DNA of 63,982 nt, filler included, from Hausera hauseri (taxonomy: Eukaryota): NCBI GenBank assembly GCA_046269625.1. It is 12 parts of 12 records of this genome, joined end to end, with 100 filler letters (N's around TTAATTAATTAA, not from the genome) between each part and the next. Parts side by side here need not be neighbours in the genome. Positions count along the whole stretch, not along the records: positions 44,411 to 50,576 come from JBJURY010131539.1; positions 50,677 to 54,721 come from JBJURY010797201.1; positions 54,822 to 59,845 come from JBJURY010358376.1; positions 59,946 to 63,982 come from JBJURY010802977.1; 8 more parts are not named here. One strand, 5' to 3'. The notes beneath the pieces are model-generated. The model was given only the letters and a program-made list of their open reading frames with translations. It was not told where the DNA came from and did not search any database. Shown one piece after another: positions 49,526-63,382 of this stretch. Within the stretch, counting starts at the first letter, position 1. Each line of letters begins with the position of its first letter. Both the position numbers and the translations under genes were made by a program.

Positions 49526-50676
49526 TTGTGTTTTCTACTCTTTGGTTTCTAACCGGTAGCTGAACATCTTGTGTTGGAACCCGACCGTTTAGTTGGGGAA
49601 TCCGGTCGAAATTCATTGGGAAAGGCGTAGGTGAAATATAAAAGGTGTATATAATGTATAAAAATATGTATATATGCATGTATATAGGCATGTTCATATG
49701 TTTTGATTGCAATGGTTGTATTTAAAATATGGGTTGTTGAGGGTCGGATTGTTGAATGAATATTTGTGATGATAAAATAAAATGTGTTGATAAATAAATG
49801 TGATTGTAAACAACTCCTGGCGACATTCGCGTGGACGGGCAGGTGGTGACGGTGGCATAAAGTCTAAGGAACAATTAAAGACTGTAAAGGAATTACTTCA
49901 TGACTTCCACAGCGCAAACGAGCAAGATGAATTGGACAAAACTAATGATACTATCGGTAATTATCGTGGCATTAAAGCACCTGATACTATTAGAAGTGAT
50001 TCAGAGTACAGCAAAACATTCTAGATGAGAGAGACTTATTCGAAGATGACATGTCTCTTCAAAACCCTCAATAATTAAAATTTTACAAGAACAAGAGGAG
50101 ATCGTGAACGGATGAGATAAAGGATTCGTAATATAAAGGAGGAAATTTATCGTGGTACGAGAAAGATATCATGTGTACCAAAGAGACGTTGGAATTTTAT
50201 TATCCAGAATAAGCACACTCTCAGGCTAGTAAATAAAGCCTCTAATTTTGTAAATATTCTGTCGCCAGGCGTAGATTTATAAGGCCTTTGCTATTTTAAC
50301 AAACTTCATTGCAGAGGACAAAAATTAAACAACGGATGCATAAAGCAGCAAAACTCAATTGTACTCAAAATGACGGAAAATGTGAGAAAAAACAGCAGGC
50401 TATAATTGCATACAAAATAACGAAACAATGAGGATAATATGAAAATCATCTTTTGCTTCCACCAAGAAATAAACCAAAATAAACCAAAATCATAACTACG
50501 TTCAGGCCAACGGATCAAATGCATTTAAAATATTATGCTTTATTTAATATTCTCGATTGAAAATAAATGTTGATTCNNNNNNNNNNNNNNNNNNNNNNNN
50601 NNNNNNNNNNNNNNNNNNNNTTAATTAATTAANNNNNNNNNNNNNNNNNNNNNNNNNNNNNNNNNNNNNNNNNNNN

Positions 50677-52066
50677 CAGCTTCACAATCCCATGCAAACG
50701 ACCAGTATTTACTACTGTCGTGTCGCAGATTATCATGCGTATATTTCCCCAAGCATCGTATTCATCAATCAGCTGATATAGTTCCTTGTGAATGGCCGCG
50801 GCAGAACCACTCTCACTTTTCAGAATACCGAGTTTGATTTCGGTTGTGATATTTTTCAGCAGAATTAATTGATACTCTTCTCCTTGGATTCTTTTACCAT
50901 CAAACTGGAGACAATAGGGATCTTTGCTTTGAAGTTTTTCAAAAATTTTGGTTTTCATTTCGTGTCCTTCCAAGATTGCTCGTTTCCAGACACCAGACTG
51001 ACTTAAAACCGGCACATCATGACTCTGTTCAGCAAAGGTTACAAGAAAGTTATGTGCTTTATGTGTTGAAATGTTGCTTTTCAGTATCAGTAAACTTGTT
51101 GTTGCAGTGCTTCCTCTTTTGTATTTCGGTTTGCATTTAGGAGACGATGATGCGGAAGAAGAAGTTGCAGACTGGGGCGAAGGGTCGGAGGCAGATTCAG
51201 AGAATGTATCATGTGTGGGTTGCGATTGAGAAGTGCTGGCTTGAGCTTGAGATGTTGATAGTCGAATTCGTTTTATTGAGTGGATTGATTCCAAAAGGGC
51301 TTGTTTGACCGTTGAATAACCAACCTTGCCTCTACTCTCAATTTGCCACTGGTACAACTCTCCAACCTCCGAGCTTCTCCATTGTCCATTCATGTTGGTG
51401 ACATCAAATAACTGAGAAAGTGTTTCAGTGAATTAATCAGACGATTTCTTCTTGTTTTTGTCATTTAAATCAATCAATCGATTGAGTTTCTTCCTGATGA
51501 ATGCACTGGATGGAAGAGGAAAGTCTAGAGTTCCCCTGCAGGGCAATTCTATATCCGTTATCACATTTTGTTTCTGTCCTGTCGCAGTTTTTCGCTATTG
51601 AGCAGAAAAGTGAAATTTCCAAGAATTTGGCGATTTATCGGCATCCGTGTGAGATTGGAGAGCTTTTCAACAGATGGAATGCTAGGATCTCTTTTCTCTG
51701 TAGAAGAGGAGGGTAGATTCTTCCTCCAAATAGACCTGTTTGCATTAACACTGCTGGTGAAATCTCTAGAAGACATTTCGTGGTGGTTTAAAAGTGATTA
51801 AATGACTTGCACTGAAAACTGGATAGTTTAAAAAAATGTTCTAAAATATTCCAGAATATTCTACATTATTCCAGAATGTTCTAAAATATTTCAATACGAA
51901 AACATAGTTTTGAAGATTTAAAAAAAATGAAAAAAATAAAAAGGGGGAACTTTTCTCAACTTCTTTTAAATTTGATGTTCCTAATGTCATCTGAATACAA
52001 TTGTTCCTCGAATATAAGGGGTTTCATTTTTGTACTGTAAAAAATTAAAAATAGTAATTACCCTAA
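50677..52066 (-). mobile_element. hAT-superfamily (hATm-like) transposon 5' part
   Basis: LQFDGK, GSAAAI..L..LIDEY, ICDTTVVNTGRLHG motifs; terminus TTAGGGT at 52066-52060 on the minus strand. Confidence 0.7.
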
Positions 52067-52076
52067 TGTAATACTA

Positions 52077-54075
52077 ATGATACAATTTAACCCAGAATTT
52101 GAAATTCTGGTACCAATAAAACATAGGGTAGACAAAGTGGCATACAATGACGCGATCAGAAGCTTACATATTGAAGTAAAATTATTGGACGAAAACCTTG
52201 TTCTGATAAAGGTTAACCACAATCCGAGCTGCGTAGAAATACGTTATCACCCAAGTATGCGAAGCAGACACAATTAAATTATACGACTTTCTTGTTGATA
52301 ATAACGATTAGCTCTGGTATTTTAGCATTCACAATCATATTATTATTGATGCATTGCACATATATGCGCCGACGCCGAAGACTGCATCTTAATGTCCTTA
52401 AAGTAACATTTAACACTGAACCATTTGAGGTCCTTATTAATAATTCAGAATATGACTTAGCAATCTACTGGGCGATGACAAATGGTTATTAATGATCAAA
52501 GAAGACGATTATTAGCTTTATGTAGAAAGCAATGATTAGCAAATTTTAACAAAAGTCGAACGCTAAATATTAGGATGTAACGGTAAACCGACTAATCTAG
52601 TAAAATAAATAACGCTGGAACAACTTTAATATTAGCTCTTGCATCAAGAAACGAAGTAAGAACCAAAAAAGCTATAACCCAACTGGGCGATGAAATATCT
52701 GAAGCACTCAAATTCAAAGATACAAAAGGAAATACCATAGTTTATTTACCTATTATGGACGAATGTCATGATTTCTTCATACATATGCTTATCCAGTTGC
52801 AAGCCCTCTTGCATCTACCTAATACTGATGGAGATATTCCCTTATTACTCGATATACGATATGGCCAGCATAATTTGGCAACTCTAATTTTTGACTATGC
52901 TTACGACAACGAAGCATTTCTGGCTATTTACCAACCACAATTACGCAGTACCCCATTATACTACGCAGTAGTTTTCAACGATTTCTCTTATTAGAAACTT
53001 TCTTGAACAAAAAATTAGAAAATGGTATCTACATATTTGACGTAAACTACGCTTATGTTACGTATGAAAAACTCCTCATAACCTCGCTCTTAAGTCGAAT
53101 CTATGGGGCAGTCTCCATCCTGATGCAATGACCAGACATCCTTCTTGAAACTCACAATTACCGAAATCTAAAAGTCAGTGACATTTTAGTACATGTTCCT
53201 ATGATCAGCTTTTCGAACACGAACACCTACAAACCATTAAAGTTATTGATTGTTTCTGATTGGAAAACACCCCTTGCAGGCATTACAGACGATCTTACAT
53301 TGAATAAAATTGATAATGAAGACTTTTCACCCCTCATACAAGATTATTTAAAAAATAAATTTATTATAAAGACACAACTAGATTTATTCCTATGTTCGTT
53401 AAAACTACCCATCTCCCATCATCCAATCGTTGCAAATTTCTCAGCAGATCCAGTTCTTACAATTCGTCGAAGCGAACAACTGTTACAAACCACCACTATC
53501 CCTATTTTACATCATCCTTAGAACAAGCTCAAATACTTTAGCAATTGTACAATTATCTGAGAGATTCTTACTATATCGAAGACACTAATAATAATATAGA
53601 TTTTAGTATTATTGAATTGACCTTCCTTTTTATCAGATTATTCCCAATGCATGGAGTGCCGAGTAATTCTTGAAGTGATACACCGACTCACCCTATGTCT
53701 ATACATACTATGTTTATTCCGTATATATCGAGTTAAATTACAAGCAGATACAACACCACGTTGCCCCACATATAAGTTCGAAATTAAATACTGCATTAAA
53801 CATGATGCTTCTCCACCTGATGCTTATGAATTCTTACTCGACGTTACAACACTTGACACTCTTGAATTACCTGATGATATAGCGTATTACTACACCTGTA
53901 ACCATAAAACCCCTTTTCACTTCCTTACGTCCAGCTCAATATGTGTTATATTTACCATAAACCCAATAAAACAGCCTATAATTTTAGTTGTTGCAACGCA
54001 GAATGTTGTTCTCATTGTTACCAGATGGATTCCCATCATCGATATTTAATCTGCAGTTTATGCTATTATTGCGCT
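52077..54075 (+). pseudogene. decayed intronless TM + ankyrin repeats + two RING-like fingers
   Basis: TM LIITISSGILAFTIILLLM + RRRRR; ankyrin-like KDTKGNTIVYL, PNTDGDIPLLL..YGQHNLATLI, STPLYYAV; RING-like CMEC..C.Y..C..R..CPTY and CVIF..CCNAECCSHC..CSLC. Confidence 0.55.
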
Positions 54076-54522
54076 GTATATATCTATATTTATATCACTC
54101 CAAAGGAGCATTACTTACGTCACAAATACGCCAATTACCCAATTATTACCAACCCTGTATTTCTTACCATTGCAACAGTCTGCTAGAATAGAATTTCCTA
54201 TACACCACTTTCACCCAACGACAATAGTAGTCCACATTCTATTACATTTAGAACACCTCAACCCCATATAAATGTTACATCGCTATTACAACAACCATCT
54301 TTTATACCCAATCCTAGCTATCAAGTCGAACGTATTAATAACCCACTACCAGAATTACCACTGGCTGCTATTCCATCAATTTAATATTGTCGCCCAATAC
54401 CAACAGCATCACAACAAGAATGGCTTCTGATGTGAACAAATTTTCGATTTAACTTACTGCCGATCTAGCCTCTCCTGATTTTCTAGCCATGATACAATCA
54501 ATCTTCCCACGCGTGAATGTAC

Positions 54523-54721
54523 TACTAGGTAGTACTAAAAAGTTTTCGGGCAGCAAAATTTCGACACTTTTCCAAAAACGTTTTATTTACAAAATGCATT
54601 TCAGTTACTAATTAAAATATAAATTTATTCATCAGAGTAAAGTCCATCATTATCAGTAACACGGTGCCATGGTTCTGCAAGTAATCTGAACTGTTTTAGG
54701 TACCAATCACGGTTTTTATAA
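54523..54721 (-). mobile_element. mariner 3' end (second family)
   Basis: Minus strand reads DWYLKQFRLLAEPWHRVTDNDGLY (mariner C-terminus); TIR-like TACTAGGTAGTACTAAAAAGTTTTCGG. Confidence 0.65.
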
Positions 54722-55674
54722 NNNNNNNNNNNNNNNNNNNNNNNNNNNNNNNNNNNNNNNNNNNNTTAATTAATTAANNNNNNNNNNNNNNNNNNNNNNN
54801 NNNNNNNNNNNNNNNNNNNNNACTGTCGCAGTTAGGAATTAAACAATCAAGATGATCCAAACAAAGTAGAGATGATACACAAAACAAGCATTCGGAGAAA
54901 GCGTTTATAATTTTTTTGCTTCTCCGTCACTGCATTCATGCCTATAAAATCTCTGCTGTCCATATGAACCGAAAAATACTGATATTTTGAATGACTACTA
55001 AGAAATTTGTATAATTTTTCGCAGTAAACGCTTTTTTTCTGATCCAGATGATCCATACGAAATTAACATTTTATCCGAAAGTATACTCAGACGACAAACT
55101 AGTACACCAACGTTTTTTCTTTTAGTTTTTGTTTCATTTCTGTCAACGATTCCGTATTGATTATTTCGTTTATTTTCACCAAATAATGATATAGATTTAT
55201 TAGAGGGGAAGGTTCGGAATTTTCGATACCGAAAAGTTCGAACATTGCCGAATAATGAGCTCGCGGACTCGTAGCACCAGTGTTGTACTTGATTTTATCT
55301 AGTATAACTGAGGAAATTTGGATGAACTGGGTCAAATTCATTTTTTTAATGAGACCTGGTGCGGAAAGATCTTATAAAGATGTTCCCTTAAAGATTCGAA
55401 AACCTAATTGGGCCTTTGTATTCGACAAAAAATTAATTTGACATATACGCTAGCAATTGTGGAAGTCGAATTGGTTTTAGGACTCGGTAACAGTATATTC
55501 CAGTATATCGGCCACATGAATAATATCCTTCCGGCGAATTGGACTTTCAAATTAGCTGAAACCTGTCGAGATGTGGAAGCACTGGTCTGAGATTTCGGCT
55601 CACGGAAATTTTTGAGGCGGGGAATCGGGCCCGACCAAATGGGCCAAAGGGCATCGGCCGCTGTGGGCACCACA

Positions 55675-58600
55675 TCACCCCACCCCCATGGCAAAGTGAA
55701 AACTGTAAAGAGTAAAAGAGACAGAAAGAAACTATCGCCAAACGAAAAAGTGTCTGTGTCAGTTGGTCTTAGGTGGGCAAGACGTTGGGTGCCTTCTGTT
55801 GATTTTTCCCTGCTATACTTGGTAAATGTGACTCTGCGTGTTTTTTCTTTATACGATGTGTTTGCTTGCAGAGTTTGAAGTTGGGGAAAAACGTTGTCGG
55901 ATTTTATTGTGAGTGATGTACCATGCGAAGATGAGTCAGAATAAAGAAAAGAAGAAGGTGAAGGAGGAAGAGAGTTTGCTGGAGACAGAAGGTTAAAGGT
56001 GTTCAAGAGAGTGTTGGAAGACAAAGGACTGAAAAGAGATGTTGTGGCGGATGAAGGAGGAGAGACGAAAAGTGGTGTAGAAATTGAGATTGTATTAGGT
56101 GAAAGAGTAGAAGTAGAGTATGAAACAGAGGAGGACAAGAGAGAGGAAGAGAGAGATGACGAGAAATAGGGATAGAGGTAGAGACAGGAGGAAGTTGCGA
56201 AGCGGAGATGAAAGGGGTAAAAGACGATGTGTGAGGAGAAGGGAAGAAAGAAAGTGCCGAAGATGAGGAAAGTGTGGAAGGAGAAAGAGAGAGAGAAGAC
56301 GGCGAAGAATGACAAAGCGGAAGAGAGCAAGAAGATGGAGAGATTGGTGAAGTCGAAGTGGTGTTTGGCGGAGGAGGTCTTGTAAAAGGAAAAAGCAGGT
56401 TGTCACCAAATGAAGAAGGTGTTAAAAGGCTTGAAGGTGCAAAATCCTATGGGGAAAAAGGGGATGAAATGTAAGAAAAAGTTGAAGTAAAAGTCTTGGG
56501 AGAAAACGTAGATAAAAGTGGATTAAAGATTTGAGCAGACATTAGAGTAAATTTTTGGATTGCTGCGCGTCGTATAAAGATGTTGCTGGAAACGTGGTTT
56601 CGATGGGAGCTGTATCGTCAGTGAAGAAACCGATTTAGCGTTGTTGATGTGGACTGTTACTTCTTTGTCGTCCTTGAGAATGATGATGTTGTGAGAATGT
56701 AAACTAATTACTTTGTAAGGCCAACATACTGAGGTCGAAAGCCACATGGCGTCTGATTCTTTAGCCATGCGAACTTGGCAGTATATAAATCGTCGGGTAT
56801 GTAAGGTTTATTTCCGTGTAACAGTCTACAAAAAGAGTCTTTGCTGATCTCAATGAAGTCTCTCTGGGCCGCTTGTATGGTTTCGTCTGTTGGAATATTG
56901 TCCAGCTCAGCCAGCTCGAATAATGGTCTGATAGAAGTACCAAATAATACTTCTGCAGGAGAGCATCCTGCAGAAGTAGATGGTGTGTTCCGCTAACCAA
57001 GCAGAACGTACGGAAGGAGTGTAGTCCAACTGCGATTGGACTCAGCAAGGATTTTGAGAGACGTTTTCATTGTTCGGTAAAAGGGTTCGAGAAGGCAATT
57101 CGATTGAGATGTGGCGAGGTGATCCAAACCTGCTGATCCAAATGCGGATGAAAACGTCTGCGATTGTTTCTGTGTTGGTGCTCCGAAGCAGGACAGCCTC
57201 TGGCCATCCCGAGGAACGGTCTATCATTGTGAGGATGAACTGATGGCCGTTGTCTAAGGATAGTGGGCCTATAATTTTATGTGAACAGATTCAAAACGAG
57301 ACGTGCAGGGAAAATGATATAGTGGTGGCTTTACGTGCTTAGTAACTTTATATTTTTGGCATGCCACACACTGCCTTACCCATGCCTGCACGTCAAAGTG
57401 CATCGACGGCCATACTACTTGGCGTTGTAAGAGTCGAAAAGTGGCTTTGGCACCGGGATGATGCAACGAATGGATGTTGTTGAATGCTTCTTTTTGATGC
57501 GATTCAGAAAGGATGACTTTAGGATTATTAGGTTTGGAGGTGTCAAAGGCCACACCATCAATCGTTTTGCACGATTTAAAAGACTTAAGGATGTCTGGAG
57601 GTGGCTGGTTTTGTTGAAGTTTGGATTGAGGGAAAACTGATGTAAAATCAATCGAGCTGACCGATCGGGACAAAAAGTCAGCTACTAAATTGTTGACTCC
57701 GTTTAGGTGCTTAATTTCAAAATTAAATGTGGACAAATACGATATTTGCCTCTCCTGACGTGGCGAAGGTGATTTCATGGTGAGAATTTGAAGAATGTGC
57801 TTGTGGTCCGTTTGTATTGTAAAGATTCGTGCGGTTAGCAGATGCTTAAAGTGTTTTACGGCAAGGACCATTGCAAGCAACTCTTGGTCAAAGGTGGAAT
57901 ATCTTTGCTCTTGTGCCGTGAATTTTCGAGAAAAGAATTCTACTGGCTCATGGGATCTATTTTTGACTTGATGGAGGACAGCACTTGCAGCTGTTGTGGA
58001 TGCATCCGTGGTAAAGAAGAGTTCTGAATGGGAGTGGGGATAGGCGAGGATTTCCGCGGTTTTTAAATTATCTTTGAGGTGATAGAAAGCGCTGACTCGC
58101 TTGGCGGTCCATTGAATAGGCTGTTTTTTCTTGCCAGGACTTAGTGATGCAAATGGAGCGGTTAGAGTGGAGCAGTGTGGAATATACTTGTGAATAAAGT
58201 GCAAGGTTCTGAGGAAAGAACGAATCTCTGTTAATGTACTTGGTAGCTGTATATTTCTGAGCTGTGTGATGCGCTCTGGCTGAGGTGAGTGACCGGAGGA
58301 GCTAATAACATGTCCTAGGAAGTTGACCTTATGTTGAAAAAAGAGCATTTAGAGAAATTAATTTGCAAATTGTTTTGGTGCAAGCGTTGGAAGATTAAAC
58401 GTAAGTGTTCGGAGTGTTGTTTCGAGGAAGGTTATGCAATTAGGATATTATTAATATAGGGATAAGCAAAGTCTAAACCTGAGAGAACTGTATCAATATG
58501 CCTTTCAAAGGACTGTGAAGAGCTACGGAGTCAAAAAGGCATGAAAATGTATTCAGAAAGGCCGAAAGGTGTAATGACAGCCGTTTTCGGAATGTCTGCT

Positions 58601-59760
58601 GGGGCCACCGGAATTTGTTAGTATGCTTTGTGCAAATCAATGCGGGAAAAAATGGTCGAACCATGGCGCCTGTAAAGGATATTGTTAATTAATGGTATAG
58701 GGTAGGCATCCATTGTTGTTATGATGTTGAATTGGTGGTAATCACCGCATGAGCAAAGGGTACCATCTTTTTTGGAACCACATGTAATGGCGAAGACCAA
58801 GGGGACTTGAATCTTCTGATTATTCCTAATTTTTCCAGTTCGAGAAACTCAGCCTCCATTGCCTGTCTGCGGTGAGGCAATAGCAGGCGGATCTTTTGAC
58901 GTATTGGTCTTTGATGTGCTGTTACTGTGATGGAAGGTGGATTTAGGTGGTACGAATGATTTGTCCTTTTGTGACAAACGCGTGCAAAAAGACGAAACGT
59001 ATTGATGTAAGTCAAAGGGCAACGATGAAAAGTTTTCAGATGGTGTAGATGCATTGTGACTGGATGCAGTTGAGGTATGCGATGTAGACGAGGTGTTGTG
59101 AAAAGGTGGTATTAGGTGCAGGATGTTCGTGTTGAAAATGGTGTTGGCATCTGTACTATCATTAATGGGTTCCACGCAGTTGGAAATATCATATTTGTCG
59201 CCGTAATAAAAATTTCTGTATAACGAGGGCGTATAAAAATAATTCAAATAGGTAGTCGTTTTTTTAGTATTGACTTCCTGTCAGCGGTCGCCCTCGCAGC
59301 CACCGAAATGCCGCTAATTTGATTAAAATTATTTCCATTCTTTAAGGAACATCGTTTGCAGTCCACAAGTAAATTATAGTGGGGCAGAAGGTCTAAACCC
59401 AATATAGGTGTGTACATTGCCTTCTGTGAATTTCCATGTGAATGAGTTTGGAAAATTTGGTAGGGTAAAAATTAATTTAGTAATGCGAAAATTTTATAAA
59501 GATTCACCGGACGCAGTGAACAGTTGCTTGTTAGAAGTAAAATTGTTTTGGATGTGCTGTGTTGGTGGTAGTAAGGAGATTGCTCCACCGGTGTCTGTGA
59601 GAAAATTAATGTTTTGTTTTGTTGGAGTGACAACTGCTGCTTCCGATGTGAATACAGAAAAGGAAATGTGTCAGCCAGCTTTATGAACATTGTTGCCTTT
59701 ACTAGAACTTGCCGTGTGTCCTAGCGGGGAATCAGTTTTTAGTAGTTGTTGAGTTTGGCC
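55675..59760 (-). mobile_element. decayed Ty3/Gypsy (PR-RT-RH-IN, S/P tail, PPT); LTR begins TGTGGTGCC at 55674
   Basis: Co-linear with 39400-43203 (FLTDTGG, SPWSSPLHVVPKK, TDASTTAASAVL, CTSRFESVHI, KTRRVTF..GTQRL); PPT GGGGGTGGGGTGA. Confidence 0.92.
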
Positions 59761-59999
59761 TACTACTTTGTGTGAGTTTAATAGTGTTAGTTTTATTGTG
59801 TGTGTTGTAGTTACAACCACGTAGTGCCTATCACCTTTTATGTGTNNNNNNNNNNNNNNNNNNNNNNNNNNNNNNNNNNNNNNNNNNNNTTAATTAATTA
59901 ANNNNNNNNNNNNNNNNNNNNNNNNNNNNNNNNNNNNNNNNNNNNGATAAATATCCGTGTATTTATAATGATTGATTAATATTATTTTTAGAATACAAA

Positions 60000-62900
60000 T
60001 ATAGTTTAAATTTTACTTTAATCGAATTATTTTCCATACATTGCGTCTTCGAATCAGTCTTGCATCCTAATTGTAAATTAACGAAGCATTTTCATTTGTT
60101 TAAACGATGGAGTTCCTTCTGTAGCGTTGTCGCGTTACTGCCAATATCATGGAAATTAGGAAGCTCTTTTTGCTGAACCCCGACCATTTCGGTTCGTCGG
60201 CTGATCTCTGATTGCAATTGGGGTCTTTCTGTTTTGACTTCGTCCAATCTCGTTTAATTCATCTATCTGATGGGTTACATCATTTTTAATCTCTTCGCAA
60301 TTGATCTGCAACTACATTCATAGTTTGTTTAGTATATTTGTATTCAATTCCTTGATTTGATTGTTAAGATATCTTTTCCGTTTCAATCTTTTCCAATTTG
60401 ATGTTTGATAGATTGTACGGCGAGTTTTTTTAATACGCCATGGTAGACGGCATTTTGCGTTCAGGACAATACATGGGAAACATTTTTTCAGCAGTGCTTT
60501 TTAGAAATGGTGTTTGCCTGGTTTCATGTAGTGCACTCGTTGCCTATTAAAAACGGCATGAGCAAGTGTCGGTATTGACACTGGGTTTGATCCCCACCTG
60601 TTTTGGTGCGGCGTTTACGCTACGTGCAACTAGGCGTTCGCTGTTTGGTTACGGTAGGATTTCAATGAAGTCGGAGTATCTTAGATGCACTCCTAGTGCG
60701 ACTCGATACCGGTGCGGCAGGGATTTGACTACGTATTGTCGTGCGTTCCGTTTCCGGAAGTAGGGGTGTTGGGGTAATATGTGTTTCAGTATGGACAGAG
60801 ATTAGGCCATATACTACGGAAGTGTCCATATTGAATGGATCAATTCTGTCGTAGTTTTCTCGAAGTTTGTCTACTTCTGACATGCTTGGTACGTCTTGAT
60901 GGGTAGGATTTTCGGTATCGGAATCATGATAGCCGAATGCTGGTTTTACGTTCGATAAGTGGACTATATGTTCGTCGTTGTCGCGTATTATTTTGGCGTT
61001 GCGCTCAGTGATTTCTATGAGCTTGTAGGGGCCCGTGTAGTATGATCCAGACAAAGATGCATCTCGTAGGTTATTGGGCATGATTGGTTTTTTTGTGATT
61101 TTTGTGGAATGCAGGTTTCGTGTCCATTGACAGGAAATGTTTCCGGGCTTGGTTGAGAGCAGGAATTGAAGTTACTTCCGAGTTGCTCACCAGATCTTGT
61201 GGGAATGTAAGGTGGGCACCAAATAATAGTTTTGCCGGAGAGGCATCAGTGCTAGTGTTCGGAGTGTTTCTCCATCCTAATAGCACGATGGGTAATGCGT
61301 CCAGCCAGTTCTTGTTGTCGTGGCAAAGGATTTGTAGGGATGATTTGAGTGCACGACGAAATCGTTCAATCAAGCCATTCGCCTGTGGATGGTAAGATGA
61401 TTTGTGTATGTGCTTAGAACCAAGCGATTTTGTCAATTGTTTAACATTGATGACTTGAATTGGGTACCTTGATCTGTTATAATATTTTTGGGTACTCCGA
61501 ACCGAGAAATCCATGTATTTAGCAAGACAGCCACAACGTTTTGCGTTGTTATTTGGCGGATTGGAATGGCTTTGGACCATCTTGTTTTCCCGTCGAGAAT
61601 AGTTAGGACGTATTGATATCCGTTGCATTTGGGAAGTGGTACTACTATGTCCATGTGAATAGTTTCAAACCGTGAGCCAGTAGGATAGTGTAGAATTAAT
61701 GGTTGTATAGTCTTATTGTCCACCGCGTTATGTCGCTGAGCATGCGAGGCCAACAAACTCTACTGCTTAATACGTGATCTGTAGCTTTTTATCCAGGGTG
61801 ATGGATGTTGTGTAGGGAGTCAAGTGCTTGTTTCCGTAGGTTTTTTGCCAGAATTTGGCGTGGACGACCATTGAGGATGGTACTGAAGTGTATTCCATCT
61901 TTGGTATCGACTGTTTTGAAGAATGTAACACCGTCTTCGTGTGGAGGGTTCGATCGGCGAATTTCTTCCGTGAAAATTGGGTCGAAAGATATCGTCGATA
62001 TCCCCGTTCTGGAAAAGAAATCAGCAACTGTGTTATCTTTTCCAGTTATGTGTTCTATCTGGAATGAGAATTCCGAAAGAAATGAGATGTGCCGCTCTTG
62101 ACGAGTAGATGGGTTCTTTATACTCATCATGTGAATGAGTGGTTCGTGATCCGTGCGGATTGTGAACACATCTCCTTCGAGGAAATGTCGGAAGTGTTCG
62201 ACACTAAAAATTATGGCTAGTAATTCTCGGTCAAAGGTTGAATAGCGTTGCTTAGCCGAAATGAATTTGTGGGAAAAGAATTCAATGGGAGCATTTCTGC
62301 TATCGATTGATTGGGCAAGCATGGCGCCTACTGCGATTGTGGATGCATCTGTTGTTAAGATAAACAGTGCATCTTGTTTAGGATAGTGCTGTATAGGTAG
62401 GTGGAGAAACGCCATATTTGCATTGGAAAATGCCTGTTCAGCCTCATCTGTTCAGCGTACCTGGGATTTCTTGGGTTCTTGGCTTAGAGCAGATAGAGAT
62501 GACAGGATTTCCGAGCAATGAGAAATGTATCGATGGCAGAAATTGATCGTGCCAAGAAAGCTGCAAAGTGCAGTCACTGTGGATGGCTTCGGTATTTATT
62601 TGATGGCTTCTAGTCGCTCAGGAAGTATACTGTGATCATGTAGTGTTAATCGAAATCCAAGAAATAAGGCTTCAGTTTTAAAGAATGAACATTTCTTTAT
62701 GTTCAACTGTAGGTTGTTTTCATTCAAGCTATGAAACACATGTTCGATATGTGCTTTGAGTCGCTTCATCGGGTGATACAACCAATATGTCATCTATATA
62801 TGGGATTGCATAAGGCATGTCGATAAAGATTTGGTCTGTGGCGTTAAAATGTTTGATTTGCATTCCGAAAGCTAAAAGGCATACGTAGATACTCGAACAA

Positions 62901-63020
62901 ACCAAAAGGCGTAATTATAGCCGTTTTTTGAATGTCTTCGGTAGCCACTGGGATCTGGTGGTATGCCCTTTCCTGATCTATTGTGCTGAATATTGTGGCA
63001 CCATGTAGGCGATGAGCAGG
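60000..63020 (-). mobile_element. decayed Ty3/Gypsy RT-RH-IN with 3' extension (related subfamily)
   Basis: [80 protein letters not shown]. Confidence 0.9.
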
Positions 63021-63044
63021 AGGATGTTAGAGCATCGCGTCAAG

Positions 63045-63300
63045 CCCCCTCCCCCCAGGGAAAGAAAGAAACGACGTGGTTCGGGATGAGTCATGGGATA
63101 GAAAAAACAATACACACATGTACGATTAATAGGGAGGAGATGGCAGACACACACTCGCAAAGTAGATACGCACAAACCAGCGTACTGCATGAATTTTAGG
63201 TACATGTAAAAATTTGAATTTTGCGCCAAATTTTTTTTGTTTAAATTTCGCGTAAAAATTTCTTCGGTTTAATTTTGGTCATCGGGTATAAATATAGGTT
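63045..63300. repeat. inverted homologue of 880-1102 (G-run, AP-1 site, TATA box)
   Basis: CCCCCTCCCCCC at 63045-63056, ATGAGTCAT at 63086, TATAAATA at 63287. Confidence 0.85.
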
Positions 63301-63382
63301 AGCAAATAACATAGCGTTGTTTCAATGAATAGTACGACAAATGGTATATTTTTAATTCTGTTCTCCGAAATTATTTATATAC

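Noticed and set aside
54847-55341. Two minus-strand ORFs as a gene
   Set aside because: No recognisable motif and separated by several stops; cannot assign.
7038-59945. Eleven identical TTAATTAATTAA units as a biological repeat or CRISPR-like array
   Set aside because: Always centred in exactly 100 nt of N padding; this is a synthetic six-frame-stop contig linker.
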